A stretch of DNA of 59,449 bases from a virus (lineage: Duplodnaviria; Caudoviricetes): IMG/VR virus record IMGVR_UViG_3300034050_001176, positions 1 to 59,449 of that record, one strand, 5' to 3'. The notes beneath the pieces were generated by a model. The model made no database searches. It was not told the DNA's origin and was given only the letters and a program-made list of their open reading frames with translations. Made by a program: the position numbers and the translations under genes. The first letter of the stretch is position 1. Each line of letters starts with the position of its first letter. Of the stretch, positions 57,191 to 59,449 are shown piece after piece.

Positions 57191-59409
57191 CTAATTTTCC
57201 TTTTGTTGAGGTTTGGGTTAAGGAGATAGAGAGCTCCACCACCTTTTTTACTTGGAGTTTTTATAATTTGTTTAGACTCCAGCAATGGTTCTAGTAAGTC
57301 ATCTAATTGCCGGGCATTGATGGCATAATGAAGAGCCATACAAAGATCGTATCTTCTAACCCATTTGCCTTTATGGGAAGCTAAATATTCAAGAATTTTA
57401 TTGATGTATTTCTCATTTTTGTTTTCGGTAAGCAGCTCCGCTATGTCAAGATTGTTTTTCAAACAACGGATTGCAACACTTACAGCCCACTGAATATCTT
57501 TTAGGGTAATCTTGATTGGGGCATCGTATTCGGCTTTATAGTTTCCAGTGTCAATTTCTATACGTTGGGCTTTTGCCACCAGCAGGGCCAGTTTGATGGA
57601 TTGTTCTGCTAAGTTTCCCACCAAAGAATCTACCTTGGCTGCCTGACATCGAAGTTCTCGTTGGACAGTCTGTGTAACTTTACTGAATCTCCCAAACCAC
57701 TCTTTGGCTGAATCGTCAAAACTAACTATTTTGCCAACACATTTAATTGAACTTAAATCTTCTAGAAGTTTATGCGGAATGTTCTTGTTAATATTCGTGT
57801 TACGCTCAGAAGACTCGTAGTCAGGCTTTAACCAAAACACTAAAAATCGTGCTAGTAGACCAGATACCGCAGCTTCTGGGTTAAGCTTATTAATAATGTT
57901 TTCTGTAGCAGTTCCATAAACATTGAGATAAGGGTTTTCAATTCCTTGGATTTCTTCTCCTTTGATCTTATCCGTGGTTATATAGTTGCAATTGTAAAGC
58001 GTTAAAAGCTGTTGCTCTAAACGAGTTTCATGGGTGCCAGCGTTTCTATTTTGAAAGTTTTGAAATATATGGCTAATTTCATCTTGTGCCCAATAGACAC
58101 AATTTTCTTTTTTACAAAGCGCATCTATTAACCCTTGAGATGAACCAATCGCCGAAGCTAAAGAGCCGCGCTTATCTAAGGCCTTGAGTATTGCACTGAT
58201 ACAACCAAGCCCATTATTTTTACCAGAACGACTAGGGCCAATCACCAAAATGTATAAATTAGTCCTAAGATCAGTGGTGCTAATCACTGCGTCCTTTTTT
58301 AAAAAAGCCAACAATGACAGGCTTGCACTTAAAGAAAAAATTGGTATGGGAGCCGGTGCTACTGATTGCACCCAATCATAGGTGCTTTTAAGAATCGGAC
58401 AGGGAAAATCAAAGATATCACTAACAGCAAAGGGTTCTAAGTCATCCAAGCATTTATCGACAGGATCAATAAATTCATCAGCTTCTTCAAACTCTTCAAC
58501 AACTATTTGGTTCTCTACCTTTGAAGGCTTCTCAGTAACGGCATTTGCGCTATCTGATGTTCCAGTGGTGATTACATAAGTTATCGGATTTGATCTAGAT
58601 GTAGGTTGCCAACCAGCATTCCTCGCATGCATGAATAGGGTAGCAATTGTAACCCCACCACCTGACTTGAAAGAATTCCACTTTTTATTTAAAGATTCTA
58701 TTCCCTCATATTTTTCGCTGTTTCTTGCTGACCAGTTATTCCATATAGCAAAACCACTATTGCCAAGCTCATGATGCAAGGCCATACCCATTTCAAGCCA
58801 CGTGTCATAGTCACAACCGGCATCTATGCGGTTTAAAGCCTCACGGATGTCCTCTGAGGTCGTTTCGCGGTATTCTGATGGTATTACCAAAGGCAAAGTT
58901 GTTTTGGCTGTTGGTGGCAATGTATGAGGGTCTAAAAATTTACCAGCTATCTCATAACCCACCTCATATGCACCACCTTCAGATTTGCAGGGCATAATCC
59001 ACATTCTGGAAACATCTTTGCTGGCAGATTTGTCTAAGCCTATTGGATTACCAAGTAAATTTATGATTCGAGCGTGAGCTTCAGGCCAAAAGTTAGGCTC
59101 AATAGCCTTTGCAAAAGGTAGAATTAATCGCCACCGGTGACGCAACTCTGTGTGTGACCAGGTGGTGTAATACAAATAAATTAGATCCAACTGTTTCAGC
59201 TGTTCTATAAATTTCGGTAATTTAAGTTGTCCATCTTCAGTGTTGTCGAAGTCCAGCACCATAGCTGACAAAGCCTTAACATTCTCCTTAGCGCGTGTAG
59301 TATCAGGTTTATAAGCCACCATACTAGATAGTGTAGTCACGAGATAAGAAAGAGTGATATGCTCTGCTAAAAAGATAGGAGAGAAAAGATGAAAGCGCAC
59401 AGAAGACAC
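57187..59409 (-). CDS. Primase-helicase (AEP primase, PriCT-2, DUF3987-like ATPase)
   Basis: LDFD, YTTWSH..RWRLILP, YDTWLEMGMAL..W..WS..KY..W.SF, GPSRSGK, QDEI and SGLLARFL motifs. Confidence 0.85.
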   Translation of the reverse strand: MSSVRFHLFSPIFLAEHITLSYLVTTLSSMVAYKPDTTRAKENVKALSAMVLDFDNTEDGQLKLPKFIEQLKQLDLIYLYYTTWSHTELRHRWRLILPFAKAIEPNFWPEAHARIINLLGNPIGLDKSASKDVSRMWIMPCKSEGGAYEVGYEIAGKFLDPHTLPPTAKTTLPLVIPSEYRETTSEDIREALNRIDAGCDYDTWLEMGMALHHELGNSGFAIWNNWSARNSEKYEGIESLNKKWNSFKSGGGVTIATLFMHARNAGWQPTSRSNPITYVITTGTSDSANAVTEKPSKVENQIVVEEFEEADEFIDPVDKCLDDLEPFAVSDIFDFPCPILKSTYDWVQSVAPAPIPIFSLSASLSLLAFLKKDAVISTTDLRTNLYILVIGPSRSGKNNGLGCISAILKALDKRGSLASAIGSSQGLIDALCKKENCVYWAQDEISHIFQNFQNRNAGTHETRLEQQLLTLYNCNYITTDKIKGEEIQGIENPYLNVYGTATENIINKLNPEAAVSGLLARFLVFWLKPDYESSERNTNINKNIPHKLLEDLSSIKCVGKIVSFDDSAKEWFGRFSKVTQTVQRELRCQAAKVDSLVGNLAEQSIKLALLVAKAQRIEIDTGNYKAEYDAPIKITLKDIQWAVSVAIRCLKNNLDIAELLTENKNEKYINKILEYLASHKGKWVRRYDLCMALHYAINARQLDDLLEPLLESKQIIKTPSKKGGGALYLLNPNLNKRKIR

Positions 59410-59449
59410 GATATCTCAGACAAAGTATGGTTTTTGCTTGAGCCCCATT

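Larger units (their letters stand above)
17741..59449. mobile_element. Right prophage, probably continuing beyond the window
   Basis: Integrase, complete virion module, cargo genes and replication module in typical prophage order. Confidence 0.8.

Overview
The window is AT-rich and looks alphaproteobacterial, probably a Rickettsiales/Holosporales-type endosymbiont. That is an inference from a ProP-like MFS, a Zn-less DksA, a patatin and signal-peptide '...SME' proteins. It holds two related podovirus-like (P22-type packaging) prophage modules in mirror-image orientation. They meet at two divergently transcribed tyrosine integrases flanking the 3' half of a tRNA-Gln(UUG) gene (17690-17740). 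The left element (+ strand, 470-16355) has intact terS-terL-portal-scaffold-capsid-adaptor-nozzle-short fibre-GNAT-three ejection genes, but its patatin/long-fibre block survives only as relics. The right element (from about 17741 to the window end) has the same module on the - strand. It also carries a small lipoprotein, patatin, three fibre genes whose repeat motif is split across gene boundaries, two secreted cargo proteins, an iteron/DnaA-box origin-like region, an HTH protein, DksA, an MFS, a 2382-aa CdiA-like toxin with two immunity genes, CarD and a RuvC/exonuclease/SSB/ATPase/primase module. The most novel signals are the split-motif fibre chain, the back-to-back att junction, a co-varying ejection-protein docking cassette, a DnaA-box array on the terS start and a structured capsid leader. 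All calls come from reading motifs by eye; no searches or alignments were run.
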